The translations under genes and the position numbers were made by a program. Shown here piece after piece: positions 8,789 to 19,400 of a stretch of DNA of 32,000 nt (position 1 is the first letter of the stretch; every line of letters starts with the position of its first letter). This DNA is from Psychrobacter cryohalolentis K5 (GTDB lineage: Bacteria; Pseudomonadota; Gammaproteobacteria; Pseudomonadales; Moraxellaceae), in contig NC_007969.1 in NCBI RefSeq assembly GCF_000013905.1, positions 2,550,001 through 2,582,000 on the forward strand, written 5' to 3'. The notes below the pieces were generated by a model. That model saw only the letters and a list, made by a program, of their open reading frames with translations. It had not been told where the DNA came from and made no database searches.

Positions 8789-9661
8789 ATGACCATTGCC
8801 GACAACTATACCGACACTTCGTCAGCCACGCCTGCTTTAGCCTTTTATGGCAAAATGCTGACCTTTTCACGGGTACAGTTTAGTACCGATGACTTTGTGG
8901 CGATTGCTGCTCAATTACAAAGCACGTTGAGCAATAAGAGCAGTCATATTCCTGTGTTGATTGATAGCGAGGTTGAGCAAGATCTATCAGCACTGGTCGA
9001 GTTGCTATGGTCTTGGGGTTTACAGCCTATCGGCGTCGTGACGGGGCTACTTGACGCGCAAGCACGTGAGCTACGCTTGGCAATATTTCCAGCAGATGGT
9101 AAGCGTATTGAACGCATTTTACCCAATAAAAAAGCAATAACGCAACTAAGCCAAGTTGCTGCTCCTACAACGGCTGCTACTGATAATAGTGAGTCTAAGA
9201 CGGATAACGTGAGTGCTCAGCAAGCGCTACAAACAAGCGTGGAAATGCAAGCTGATTTATCTGTAGAAACAGCAGAAACCCTTATCAGTACTGAGCATAT
9301 TACCAGTCTTATCTATGATCAAATGCTGCGCTCAGGACAAAGTCTCAATCATGTCGGTGGCGATTTGATTTTGACCAACAGTGTCAATAGTGGTGCTGAA
9401 GCTATTACTGATAACAACTTGCACGTTTATGGTCGTGCTCAAGGTCGCTTGGTCGCAGGTGCTACGGGCGATAAAGACGCACGCATTTTTTGCCAAGTTT
9501 TTAACCCCTCTCTGGTGTCAGTCGCCGGTACTTATTGCTTACGTGACAATCTGCCTGAGCATGTGATTGATAAATCGGTCGAAGTGCGGTTTTTAGAAGG
9601 TCAAGGTTTGGTATTTACGATCATTGATGAATCTCAGATTAATAAAGGCGTCAAACCCTAG
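8789..9661 (+). CDS. minC: Septum site-determining protein MinC (long-linker variant)
   Basis: The C-terminal beta-helix region GGDLILTNSVNSGAEAITDNNLHVYGRAQGRLVAGATGDKDARIFCQVFNPSLVSVAGTY is characteristic of MinC. It lies upstream of minD and minE. At 290 aa it is longer than E. coli MinC (231 aa) because of an A/T/S/Q-rich inter-domain linker. Confidence 0.85.
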   Translation: MTIADNYTDTSSATPALAFYGKMLTFSRVQFSTDDFVAIAAQLQSTLSNKSSHIPVLIDSEVEQDLSALVELLWSWGLQPIGVVTGLLDAQARELRLAIFPADGKRIERILPNKKAITQLSQVAAPTTAATDNSESKTDNVSAQQALQTSVEMQADLSVETAETLISTEHITSLIYDQMLRSGQSLNHVGGDLILTNSVNSGAEAITDNNLHVYGRAQGRLVAGATGDKDARIFCQVFNPSLVSVAGTYCLRDNLPEHVIDKSVEVRFLEGQGLVFTIIDESQINKGVKP

Positions 9662-10020
9662 TTGTTTATATATATTGTTAAATTTAAAAAGTAAATATGT
9701 CAAAAACCTTTTTAATTCATATTGTAGTAAGTTTATTTAACAAAACTGCGCTATGATGAATTTTTAGCTCTGCCACTATTTACCACACTTACGTCCTTAT
9801 ATATCAGTTAGGTAATCGCTTAATTTTATATCTTAGCCGTTTGTATGCTTTAATAGAGACTTGCTATAAGTTCTGCTAGATTTATGCTAGGCTTACGCTC
9901 GCAGAGAGTATATATACAGCGTATGGACGACCAGAAAGCATAATGCTTTATATATAATATATATGCTGTTTTATATAATAAATATCTCATCAATTCATCA
10001 ATTTATAGGAGTGTGCCATT

Positions 10021-10833
10021 GTGGCGAAGATTGTTGTAATCACTTCGGGTAAAGGCGGTGTGGGTAAAACCACGACCAGTGCTTCTTTTGCCGCCGGTTT
10101 AGCATTACGTGGCTATAAGACAGTTGTTATCGATTTTGATGTAGGCTTGCGTAATCTAGACTTGATTATGGGCTGCGAAAATCGAATTGTTTATGACTTT
10201 GTCGATGTAATCAATGGCAATGCACGCCTATCACAAGCGCTTGTCAAAGATAAGCAATTGGAAAATCTTTACATTCTACCTGCCAGTCAAACGCGCGATA
10301 AAGATGCATTAACAGATGACGGTGTGGCAGAGATTATGGAAGAGCTTTCTAAGCAATTCGATTACATTATTTGCGACTCACCTGCAGGTATCGAACGCGG
10401 CGCGCAGCTCGCCATGTATCATGCGGATGAAGCCATCATCGTTACCAACCCTGAGATCTCATCAGTACGTGACTCAGATCGCATCATTGGTATCTTGCAA
10501 AGCCAGACCAAAAAAGTGGCTGAAAACCAAGGTTCTGTACGTGAGCATCTGATTATCACACGCTATAATGCAGAGCGCGCAGCAGCCAATGAGATGATGG
10601 ATATTGAAACCATCTCAAATGACATCTTAAAAGTTCCATTACTGGGCGTTGTTCCTGAGAGCCATTCCGTGCTGGAAGCTTCTAACCACGGTGAGCCCGT
10701 GATTCATTATACCGACTCTATTGCTGGTCAATGTTATGATGATATTGTCGCTCGCTTCCTAGGGGAAGAACGTCCGTTACGTCATATTGATGTGAAGAAA
10801 AAGAGTCTATTACAGCGCTGGTTTGGGGGTTAA
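10021..10833 (+). CDS. minD: Septum site-determining ATPase MinD
   Basis: GTG start with AGGAG 9 nt upstream. The N-terminus [18 protein letters not shown] carries the deviant Walker A motif and is colinear with the E. coli MinD N-terminus. The C-terminal amphipathic tail is [12 protein letters not shown]. Confidence 0.97.
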   Translation: MAKIVVITSGKGGVGKTTTSASFAAGLALRGYKTVVIDFDVGLRNLDLIMGCENRIVYDFVDVINGNARLSQALVKDKQLENLYILPASQTRDKDALTDDGVAEIMEELSKQFDYIICDSPAGIERGAQLAMYHADEAIIVTNPEISSVRDSDRIIGILQSQTKKVAENQGSVREHLIITRYNAERAAANEMMDIETISNDILKVPLLGVVPESHSVLEASNHGEPVIHYTDSIAGQCYDDIVARFLGEERPLRHIDVKKKSLLQRWFGG

Positions 10834-10835
10834 TA

Positions 10836-11123
10836 ATGAGTAAGAAAAAAGGATTTTGGAGTAGCTTATTTGGCACTGACGACAGCAATGCAGGCAGTGC
10901 CAATATGGCAACTGAGCGCTTAAAGGTTATTGTCGCAAGTGAAAATCGCTTAAACAATCGCTTGACCGCAGACCGTATCGAAAAAATGAAACGTGAGATA
11001 TTAGAAGTGGTCAATAAATATGTCAATGGCGTACAGATTGATGATGTCAATATCAATCATCGTTCTGAAGATAGCTTGGACGTGCTTGAGATGAATATTA
11101 ATTTACCTGAGCATAAAAAGTAA
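10836..11123 (+). CDS. minE: Cell division topological specificity factor MinE
   Basis: Starts 2 nt after the minD stop. The motif [12 protein letters not shown] corresponds to the conserved MinE AKERLQIIVAE region. 95 aa. Confidence 0.9.
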   Translation: MSKKKGFWSSLFGTDDSNAGSANMATERLKVIVASENRLNNRLTADRIEKMKREILEVVNKYVNGVQIDDVNINHRSEDSLDVLEMNINLPEHKK

Positions 11124-11156
11124 ATTTATAGTTAGCTCATATTTATTTTGATCACT

Positions 11157-11193
11157 AAAAAAAGCCCTGTGTATGATACGCAGGGCTTTTTTA
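11157..11193. terminator. Bidirectional rho-independent terminator between the convergent minE and cytochrome b561 genes
   Basis: aaaaaaagccctg-tgtatgatacg-cagggctttttt. Perfect 7-bp GC-rich stem flanked by an A-run and a T-run. Confidence 0.7.
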
Positions 11194-11297
11194 CGGGTAT
11201 ATTTTACACTGTGGAAATTAAGAAATAGATGCCATTTCTTAATACAAAAGTGTTATAAGCAGCATTTTTGATATGTCGTAACGATATTAAAAGTCTA

Positions 11298-11825
11298 TTA
11301 CTTGATACGTGCTATGAGGTTGTCTTTTTTCACAAACTGATGATACAAAGCCGCCCCGATATGAAGCACAGTAAAGGCGATAATCATTGGCCAAATGATA
11401 TCTACATGCCAGTCATTAAAGAGTCGAGCCAACCCTCTATCTGGGGTTACTAGTACAGGTATTTGAAATATACCAAATATATCAACCGGACGGCCACCAT
11501 ACAAAGACATCATTAACCCTGCTATTGGCATCGCAATCAACAGAGCATAAAGTACAAAATGCGACAATCGGGAAAGCAGCATTTGCCATTTCGGCATCAA
11601 TACTGCTGGTGGCGCTTTGGTAAAGATGCGATTAATGACTCGTGCTATCATCCAAAATAACAGGCTAACCCCAAAGGCTTTATGTAGCCCAATATAGAGA
11701 TTGCTATCTAGGTTGTCATATAAAAAAATCATGGTCCATGTAATCAGCAATAAAATCGCGCTAATCCAGTGAAAAAATCGACTGGCAAAGGACCATTTTG
11801 TTAGGTTAGAATGAGTAGTATTCAT
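11298..11825 (-). CDS. cybB: Cytochrome b561 family protein
   Basis: 175 aa with four hydrophobic helices. The N-terminal FASRFFHWISAILLL and later HKAFG and HIGAALYH supply the His ligands typical of the bacterial cytochrome b561 (CybB) family. Confidence 0.8.
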   Translation of the reverse strand: MNTTHSNLTKWSFASRFFHWISAILLLITWTMIFLYDNLDSNLYIGLHKAFGVSLLFWMIARVINRIFTKAPPAVLMPKWQMLLSRLSHFVLYALLIAMPIAGLMMSLYGGRPVDIFGIFQIPVLVTPDRGLARLFNDWHVDIIWPMIIAFTVLHIGAALYHQFVKKDNLIARIK

Positions 11826-11910
11826 AAATTTACTGTGTTACCTCTGTCGCTACTGATTGCTTAATAAGCGCTTAGGCATAGATATAGACAGTGACTATCT
11901 AATGAGCAAA

Positions 11911-12414
11911 CTAGCCGTCTAAATCTACTAGCTGATGCGCAATTTTATCTAAATCTGGCACCAAATACAGCATATTATCAATCATGACCGTCTGAAAAAG
12001 ATAGGATAGCACAACCTCTTCTTTTACACGTTCATGAACCGTATCGATATTGCTATTTGACTTGATAAAATGCTCAGGCAGCTCAACATCTTTCACATCA
12101 GAGATACGCGCCTGTAGTTGGCGCACCTCACCTGAAGTTTGCAAAGCAATACGATGCGCTGATGTATTTCCTTCCAATATAACCATCTTATCTGGCGTTT
12201 GATGGCTCGGTAACATATGGAACACAGCGATTTGTTGCTGTTGCCACTCATAAAATTGTGTATATTCGCTGTACTCATCTATACTCAAAATCAAACCACT
12301 AGGAACAAGCCAATCCGGCTGATCAAGCGCTGGAATGATCGTCACATCGAGCATACCATTAGTGGTGGTCAGTAAGCTTACTGCCTCAAATGAATGTTTT
12401 AACATCTGTCTCAT
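11911..12414 (-). CDS. chpC: CheW-like coupling protein of the Chp system
   Basis: 167 aa. Its ATG overlaps the chpB stop (ATGA). Size and position match ChpC, with a CheW-like C-terminus (...LYLVPDLDKIAHQL). The domain call rests mainly on context. Confidence 0.65.
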   Translation of the reverse strand: MRQMLKHSFEAVSLLTTTNGMLDVTIIPALDQPDWLVPSGLILSIDEYSEYTQFYEWQQQQIAVFHMLPSHQTPDKMVILEGNTSAHRIALQTSGEVRQLQARISDVKDVELPEHFIKSNSNIDTVHERVKEEVVLSYLFQTVMIDNMLYLVPDLDKIAHQLVDLDG

Positions 12415-13421
12415 AAGTCGCTCACAATAAATGAATGTGGAGTGTCGTTTGTCGCTTTATTAGCAATATAGTTGGTCAGCTTTTCTGCCAATGCTTGAGG
12501 ACTGCCGATAAAGGTACAATATCCTGAGTCAATGATAGCCTGTGGCTGACTGGGACAAGTACTCAAAATTGGGTCTTGTGCCCATAATTGACTGTCATTA
12601 TCTTGTATCAAATCTAAATACTGCGTGCCATCATTGCCCATACCTGAAAAGATAATGTTTATCAGCTCGCTACCATAAACATCGCTGGTGTTTTTGAGAA
12701 TCTGACCAATAGCAGGTTTATAATCCCCTACCCAAGCCTGATCTAATAAGATAATGCGACCAGTTGAGTCACAGACAATCTGTTGATCGATAGGTACGAT
12801 CAGACATTGACCTGTACGCATGCGCTGCGAGGAAGTAATCATCTGGCAGTGCCAGTCATTATGGCGATTTAATATACGTGGCAAGGTACTAATCATGGTT
12901 TGATTAAAATGATGCGCTAGTAAAATACTTATCGGCAGTGTTGGCGATAGGTGATCTAAGAACTCTTTAACCGCACTAGGACCACCCATAGATGCCCCTA
13001 AGAACACCACATAACGCCAATCACTAATATCATCCTTATAGACAGAATTATCGATAAGATTTGGCAAATCCAGCAGTTGCGCAAGCTTACGTTTGAATTT
13101 ACGTTGCCATTTAGCGTACTGCTGCGCCTCATTAAGATAAGGTGCTTGACTAAACCCGACCAACATCGCTACAGGATTGGAAGCAGCTGTCATGGTCGCT
13201 AGATGCTCATCGTAATCACTGTCTATCAACCAGATATCAATAGCGCTTTCATAACCATCAAACTTATCCTTCAACTGCGATGGTGTAACGCAATCCACCA
13301 GATGAAAGCCACAGCTCCGCACTGTATCAGAGAACGCCATCCGCTGCTGATGGTCTTCTGCCACCACCAGTACTTTAATCTCATTTTTATCTTTTAACGC
13401 CAAGGCACGTATGTTACCCAT
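12411..13421 (-). CDS. chpB: CheB-like protein-glutamate methylesterase of the Chp system
   Basis: N-terminal receiver-like domain plus a CheB catalytic domain with Ser (GASMGGPSA), His (ILLAHHFN) and Asp (FSGMGNDG) blocks. The start overlaps the chpA stop by 8 nt (ATGGGTAA). Confidence 0.85.
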   Translation of the reverse strand: MGNIRALALKDKNEIKVLVVAEDHQQRMAFSDTVRSCGFHLVDCVTPSQLKDKFDGYESAIDIWLIDSDYDEHLATMTAASNPVAMLVGFSQAPYLNEAQQYAKWQRKFKRKLAQLLDLPNLIDNSVYKDDISDWRYVVFLGASMGGPSAVKEFLDHLSPTLPISILLAHHFNQTMISTLPRILNRHNDWHCQMITSSQRMRTGQCLIVPIDQQIVCDSTGRIILLDQAWVGDYKPAIGQILKNTSDVYGSELINIIFSGMGNDGTQYLDLIQDNDSQLWAQDPILSTCPSQPQAIIDSGYCTFIGSPQALAEKLTNYIANKATNDTPHSFIVSDL

Positions 13422-16400
13422 GATGAGTTAGGTGGACCTTTTCATCCAATAAACTTTGGATTTTATCAAGCAGCTGGTTTTCTTGGAAAGGTTTGCCCAT
13501 ATAGTCATTTACCCCAATCTCAAGGGCACGTTCACGATGCTTCTCACCGGTTCGTGAGGTAATCATGATAATAGGCAGATGCTGCAAGCGTCCATTATGT
13601 CTGACTTGGGTAGCAACTTCAAAACCGTCCATGCGCGGCATTTCAATATCAAGCAGCATTAAGTCAGGCGTCATCTCTTGTAGTATCTCAAGCGCATCGA
13701 TACCATCTTTGGCAAGTACCACATTGAACCCTTGACGCTCTAAGAATCGTGATGTTACTTTTCTGACTGTGACTGAATCATCAACGACCAGAATCGTGGT
13801 ATTGGAATCCATATTTCTTTGTTCAGTAGCTTTAGAATGCGTGACATCTTTGACTAAAGCCGCGTTACGCATCAAGGCTATCAAGTCTAGAATGAGCATT
13901 ACTGAGCCATCGCCCATAATGGTGGCCGCTGAGATACCAGATACATTTGAGAACTGTTGCCCCAAAGGTTTTACCACTACTTCAATACGTGAGCCTGCTA
14001 TTTGATCGACTTGTAGGGCCATATTCTGACCACTGCGGTTTTTGATGATAATAAGCGGTACGCTGGTATTGGTATTAACGACCAGCTCATTGAGCTTATT
14101 ACCAGATAAAATCTCATTTAAATAGCGTACACGATAGTCAGTGTCTTCAAAATTGAGAGTCGCCTCGCCCGATTGATAATAGTCATAAACTTTTTCTGGA
14201 TTGATACGTACAACGCGTTCAATCTGCACCAAAGGTATGGCATAGTAACGATCCGCTGCTCGAACCACCAAAGCATCAGACACAGCTACCGTTAATGGTA
14301 CACGGATGGTAAAGCTTGATCCTTTGCCAAGCTCTGATACCACAGATACAGCACCACCTAGCTGACGAATTTCACTAATAACAACGTCCATACCGACGCC
14401 ACGCCCTGATATCTGCGTGACCTGTTTGCTGGTACTAAGACCGGCATTAAATATATATTGCATAATATCAAGGTCGCTAAGATTCCTATCTTTGGCGTCG
14501 ATCAAACCCTGAGAAATGGCTTTTTCACGTACTGCTTCTACATCAATCCCTTGCCCGTCGTCATTGAGCAAAATGACAATTTCACTTCCTTCACGTAGTA
14601 CTTCTAGCGTGATTTGACCACTGCGCTCTTTACCTGCTGCCAGCCTTGCTGCCACATTTTCGATGCCATGATCGACTGCGTTACGTAACATATGCTCAAG
14701 TGGTGAGGTGATGCGCTCTAGAATGGTTCTATCCATCTCATCATCAGCATTGATAATTTTTAGCTCAACCGACTTATTCAGCTCATTAGCCGTTTGGCGG
14801 ACAATACGCTCAAGCCTTGGTGTTAATCGCGTAAAAGGGACCATACGTGAGTTCATCAAACCATCTTGTAATTCAGTCTGCGTCCGAGATAATTGGAGCA
14901 ATAGACTTTCACTATCACGCGTTTTTTCTAATAAAGTATGGTTAATTTCGACCAAATCCGATGCCGACTCTGACAAAGATTTTGACAGCTGATTCAAAGA
15001 AGAGTATTGATCCATCTCTAGCGGGTCAAAACCTTCATGATTGACCAGCTCTTCATCAATCTGCGATAAAATCTGTGCCTCAAGCTCAATTTCCATACGG
15101 CGCAACTGATCCGCTAGACGCTGTACGGTAGTACCCATCTCTTCAATACTGTTGGTCAAGCTACTGATGCCCATATCGATACGAGCACGGTTAATCGCAG
15201 ATTCACCTGACAGGTTAATCATATGCTCAATCAGACTGCCTGAGATACGAATCATCTCACTATTATTGGCATTTTGCTCTTGTTCAGTCGCATCGTTAAC
15301 CATCAGCGGCATGGCGCTGATATCTTCTTGGATATAGGTTATTTCTTGGTTTTCTTTGGCAATTAAAATCGTTTCACGCTGAGCTTGCAGGGTTTCTGCT
15401 GGTACCTGCTTTAAACTATTAGGGTTTTTACTAAATTGCTGTAATGCCTCAATTAGTAAACTAGGTGTTGGCGGATTCACTTGCTGTGATAGGATAAAAA
15501 CAGCATCTGCTAGCCAGTCATAACAAGCAGCCAGCAACTCCAGCACTTTCGTGGTTGCAGGGCGGCGCTGAGCAACAAAGTCTTGATAAACTGATTCCAT
15601 TTCATGAGCTAAATCAGCAATACCAGTAGCAGTAACCATACGTGCGCCACCTTTTAAGGTATGCAAGTCGCGCTGTAGTGCTTGCAGCGCAACCATGTCA
15701 CCTGCGTCATTTAAGAATAACTGTAGATATTCATTACGATTGGTGAGCGCTGTTGCCTCTTCTAAGAAAACTTCTAAAATATCAGCATCAGGTAAACCAT
15801 GCGCCCACGATTGCTGAATGATTTTATCTAAACTTAACGCATCTGCCTCATTTGCTACCTGTTGGGTATCTTGATTGGCAAAGATTTGAGGCTCAGCTGC
15901 CACATGGTTATTTGGCATAGGAATAATAAGCTGTACCGTTTCTGGCAATGCTTGTGCTTTTAAAAACTGCTGTAATTGAGCCATGAGCTCAGGCGCAAAA
16001 AAAGACTTTTGATAACGTACAATGTGTGCTACCTGCAGCGATAAGGTATCTTGTACCACTTGCATAATCTCAAGCCACTGTGCGGTTGGCTCGCGTTTAG
16101 ATTCTACAAACGCCTCATAAACGCTTTCTGCTTCATGAGTCAAGTCGCCAATACTGCGGATACCCGCCATACGCGCACCACCTTTGATGGTATGCAGATG
16201 GCGTTGGAGTACCTTTAAGGTATTAATATGGGTGATGTCTGCACGCCACTTACTGAAACTATCGACCAGCGCATCATCAAGCTCTTGCGCCTCTTCTAAG
16301 AAGATTTCTAGTAGCTCAATATCCGTATCGATAGTTTCAAGCTCTAGCTCAGGTGCGGCAATACTTTGTACAGTAGCCTGTTCTTCATCGGCTATATTTT

Positions 16401-19400
16401 CATCACTTTCATTCTTATCTTGCACGATATTCTCTTGCACGATACTAACTTGCACGGTGTTGTATTGCTTGATACTCTCTAGCTGCTCTAGTACTTGCTC
16501 ATCAATTTTTAATGACGTACTGCCTGCTAAAGCATCAAATAAACCAACTAACTGCGCATGACCTGCAAGTAGGATTTCTTGGATATCAATATCTGCCGCT
16601 TCTTTTGGATATTGGCTCAAATAATGATAAGCATCTTGTAAGGCATCAAGAATAGAGACGAATTTTGGAAAGGCTTGTGCTTTGTCAGTTAAATATTTAA
16701 TTTGTAAAATTTGCTCAGCGATATAGGCTTGGATTTTCTCGATATCAGCACTGTTAAGCGCTTCATCTAATTGCCACTCGGCATCTAATAACTCATCAAT
16801 ATTGCCATCTAACAAGTCATTAATCGTTGGTTTATCCTCAGTGCTTGCCTCACTATCGTCATCTTGCTCCTCAAGCATCGCCTGTAACGAGGCGATATCT
16901 TGCTCGCTTTGCATATGCTCTGCCGACATATCTTGCTGGTTTGCATGTTGTTTATAGTTATGGAGATAACCATCAATAAGCGTGACAGATTGGGCCAGTG
17001 CAGTTAAATGGCTTGCATTCATCGGTATATCCTGCTGCTGTAGAAGCTCTAAGCTTTGCTCTATCGTCGCACTCACGTCGCTAATGGCAGTCAATGCACT
17101 AGAGCCAGAAGCTGCTCTCAAAGTATGGAATGCGCGCACAATCTCGTCACTTACCTCGACATATGGCTCATTTTTATGATGACGTACAAAGTCATTAACG
17201 CCTTCTAACAACTCTTCTGCCTCTTCAATAAAGATGTCAAAGAACGCCTGTTCTTCTTCACTTTGAGGCATCACAATAACTGGTGCTTCTGCCATTTTTT
17301 CATTGACCGAATAAATCGTCTGCAAGGTGCGATCAATTGCTTCATCATTCTCCAAATCTTGAATATGACTGTTTAAATCAATGTGACTTGGCGTATGCTT
17401 AGCAGGCTGTAACCATTGATTGTATAATGCACGGTAACTGAATTCATCACCTAATTGTTTGCTATAAGCATTAGCACAGGCCACCCACAATGGCATCATA
17501 GTAGGATAATCTTGGCTTTCACGCTCGAAAGTGCTTAATAACTCAGGATATACGGCCAATACATCACCAATCAGCTGCTGTATATCCGCTGAGGCAGTTA
17601 TGCTCTTATCTAAAATGCGGTTTAGCATGTTTTCTATAGACCATGCTAATTCAGCACTGTAATGAGCACCGACCATCCGACCAGAGCCCTTCAGAGTGTG
17701 AAAGCCACGGCGTATGTCTTTCAGTTCAGTCAAATCAGTAGGTGAAAGCTGCCAATGTCCATATAAAGGGATGATTTCATCTAAGACTTCATTAGCCTCT
17801 TCTATAAATATCTCTTTAATATCAGGATCAGCATCGTTTGCATCTGTCACTAGCGACTGTGCTTCCAAAATAAATGGCTGCAATACCAAAGGGAGCTCTA
17901 AATCTGACAATGCATTCAAAGTGTTAGCTGGCTCAGAGACTGAGCTTATGGCTTGCGCGTGTAAATTATGGTCAAGTATATGATAATCTGATGCAAAGTC
18001 CGATTCTTCAATATCAGCTGTTAATAACGTAAGTGCAGCTACTGGTAAACCTGCATTTAGTGGTTGCTGAGTCATCAAGTTATGACTTTGCAAAAGAGTA
18101 ATAGCAGGGTCAAAGCTTGGTGGCTGTTGTGCTGCAAAGTCAAATAACATAACGGGTAGGCGTTTAGTGGTTTCTGTTATCAACGTTACCACATCGTCCG
18201 TTACGGATAAGGTTTTATCCAATAAACGGTTGAGTAGATTTTCGATAGACCATGCCATCTCACTGATGCTAACAGCACCAACCATACGTCCCGAGCCCTT
18301 TAAGGTGTGGAAACCACGACGTAGTTCCGTTAATGGTGTCAAATCTTGCGCATCTTCCTGCCATATTGGTAAAAAGTCTTCTAGATCACCAATCACTTCT
18401 TCAACTTCTTCAATGAATATTTCTCGAATGTCTTCATCGATATCGAAGGTATCAGGATTTAGCTGTTGGCGCATTTTCAATAAAGCTTCGCTTGCCCCTG
18501 TCTCTATAGACTGTTTATTGTCTAACAGTAAGCCAGTCAAAGTCTCAGCATTAAAAGACGGCACAGTGACAGGCGCAATCTCACCGCTGTCGTCATAGCG
18601 CAATACATCATTGGCGGCTGGTTTTTGGGTGAGGAAAGTATCGTTGACTGCTTCAGGCGCATCGATATATGCATTAAGTAGCTTGGCTGCCGTATCAATA
18701 TAAGCATTTGCTTTTTCTAGTAGTGTTTGATCAACAAACTGTTGCGCAAGATAATCCAATAATAGCTCAATAGCACTCAAACTCTCTGCCAACGCTTCGA
18801 TAACGTCCCAGCTCAATACGGCAATATTATGAGTACGTATCTGTACAAATATATCGGCTATCTTGTCGACTACTTCACCAATCGCTGGCAGCCCCATACT
18901 GTTAAAAGTCTGGCTCATGCTCATAAAAATTGCCTGCTCTGGCAATAATTCTAACTGTTGGCGTTGTATATAGTTATGAAAATCTTGCTTAACTTCTTCA
19001 GCCGCAATACGTAACTCACGTAAATCCACATTAACAGAACCAACATCTAAACTGTTGGCTGGTTGCAAGTCATTATCAGTGCGAGCAGAAATAGTGAATG
19101 CAGCTACATCATCCATTTTGATAGAAATCATTTGTTCTGTATTATAGACAGCGCTATACAACTCTTGTAGCTGACGTTCAATCTGCCATTGTTCTTGCGT
19201 AAAATCCTGCTCTGATAAGAGGCTACGCTCTACATTAGTCGCAATAGCATCGATTTGTGAGGCAAATAATGTCCAGCCACGACTTTTAAGCTGGTTATTT
19301 ATTTTCGCTAAAGGTTTTAGCAAAGTATGAGGCTTATCAAGTGCAAAAATAATCGTCTCAATCTCACTCAATATACGAGGTAAGAGACGTACTTCAGCGT

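Noticed and set aside
10718-11056. 112-aa minus-strand ORF overlapping the minD end and minE.
   Set aside because: It is antisense to two confidently identified genes and has no motif support.
12411-13421. The ChpB receiver domain looks degenerate (VLVVAEDHQQ instead of a DD acidic pair).
   Set aside because: From memory, ChpB-type proteins generally have a divergent receiver. A plausible phospho-acceptor Asp (IWLIDSD) and all CheB catalytic blocks are present. Without an alignment this is not evidence of anything unusual.
16380-16460. Short tandem DNA repeats (cttgcacg three times) within chpA.
   Set aside because: They encode a small repetitive linker (…VQVSIVQENIVQD…) between Hpt modules. 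This is in-frame low-complexity linker sequence, not a separate element.
13769-18598. Several 60-143 aa plus-strand ORFs inside chpA (for example 16184-16561 and 18167-18598).
   Set aside because: They lie entirely antisense to a 2301-aa gene with strong domain motifs. Their translations are Ser/Cys/Ile-rich low-complexity sequence typical of mirror frames, and they have no RBS or family motif. They are treated as artefacts of a long ORF.
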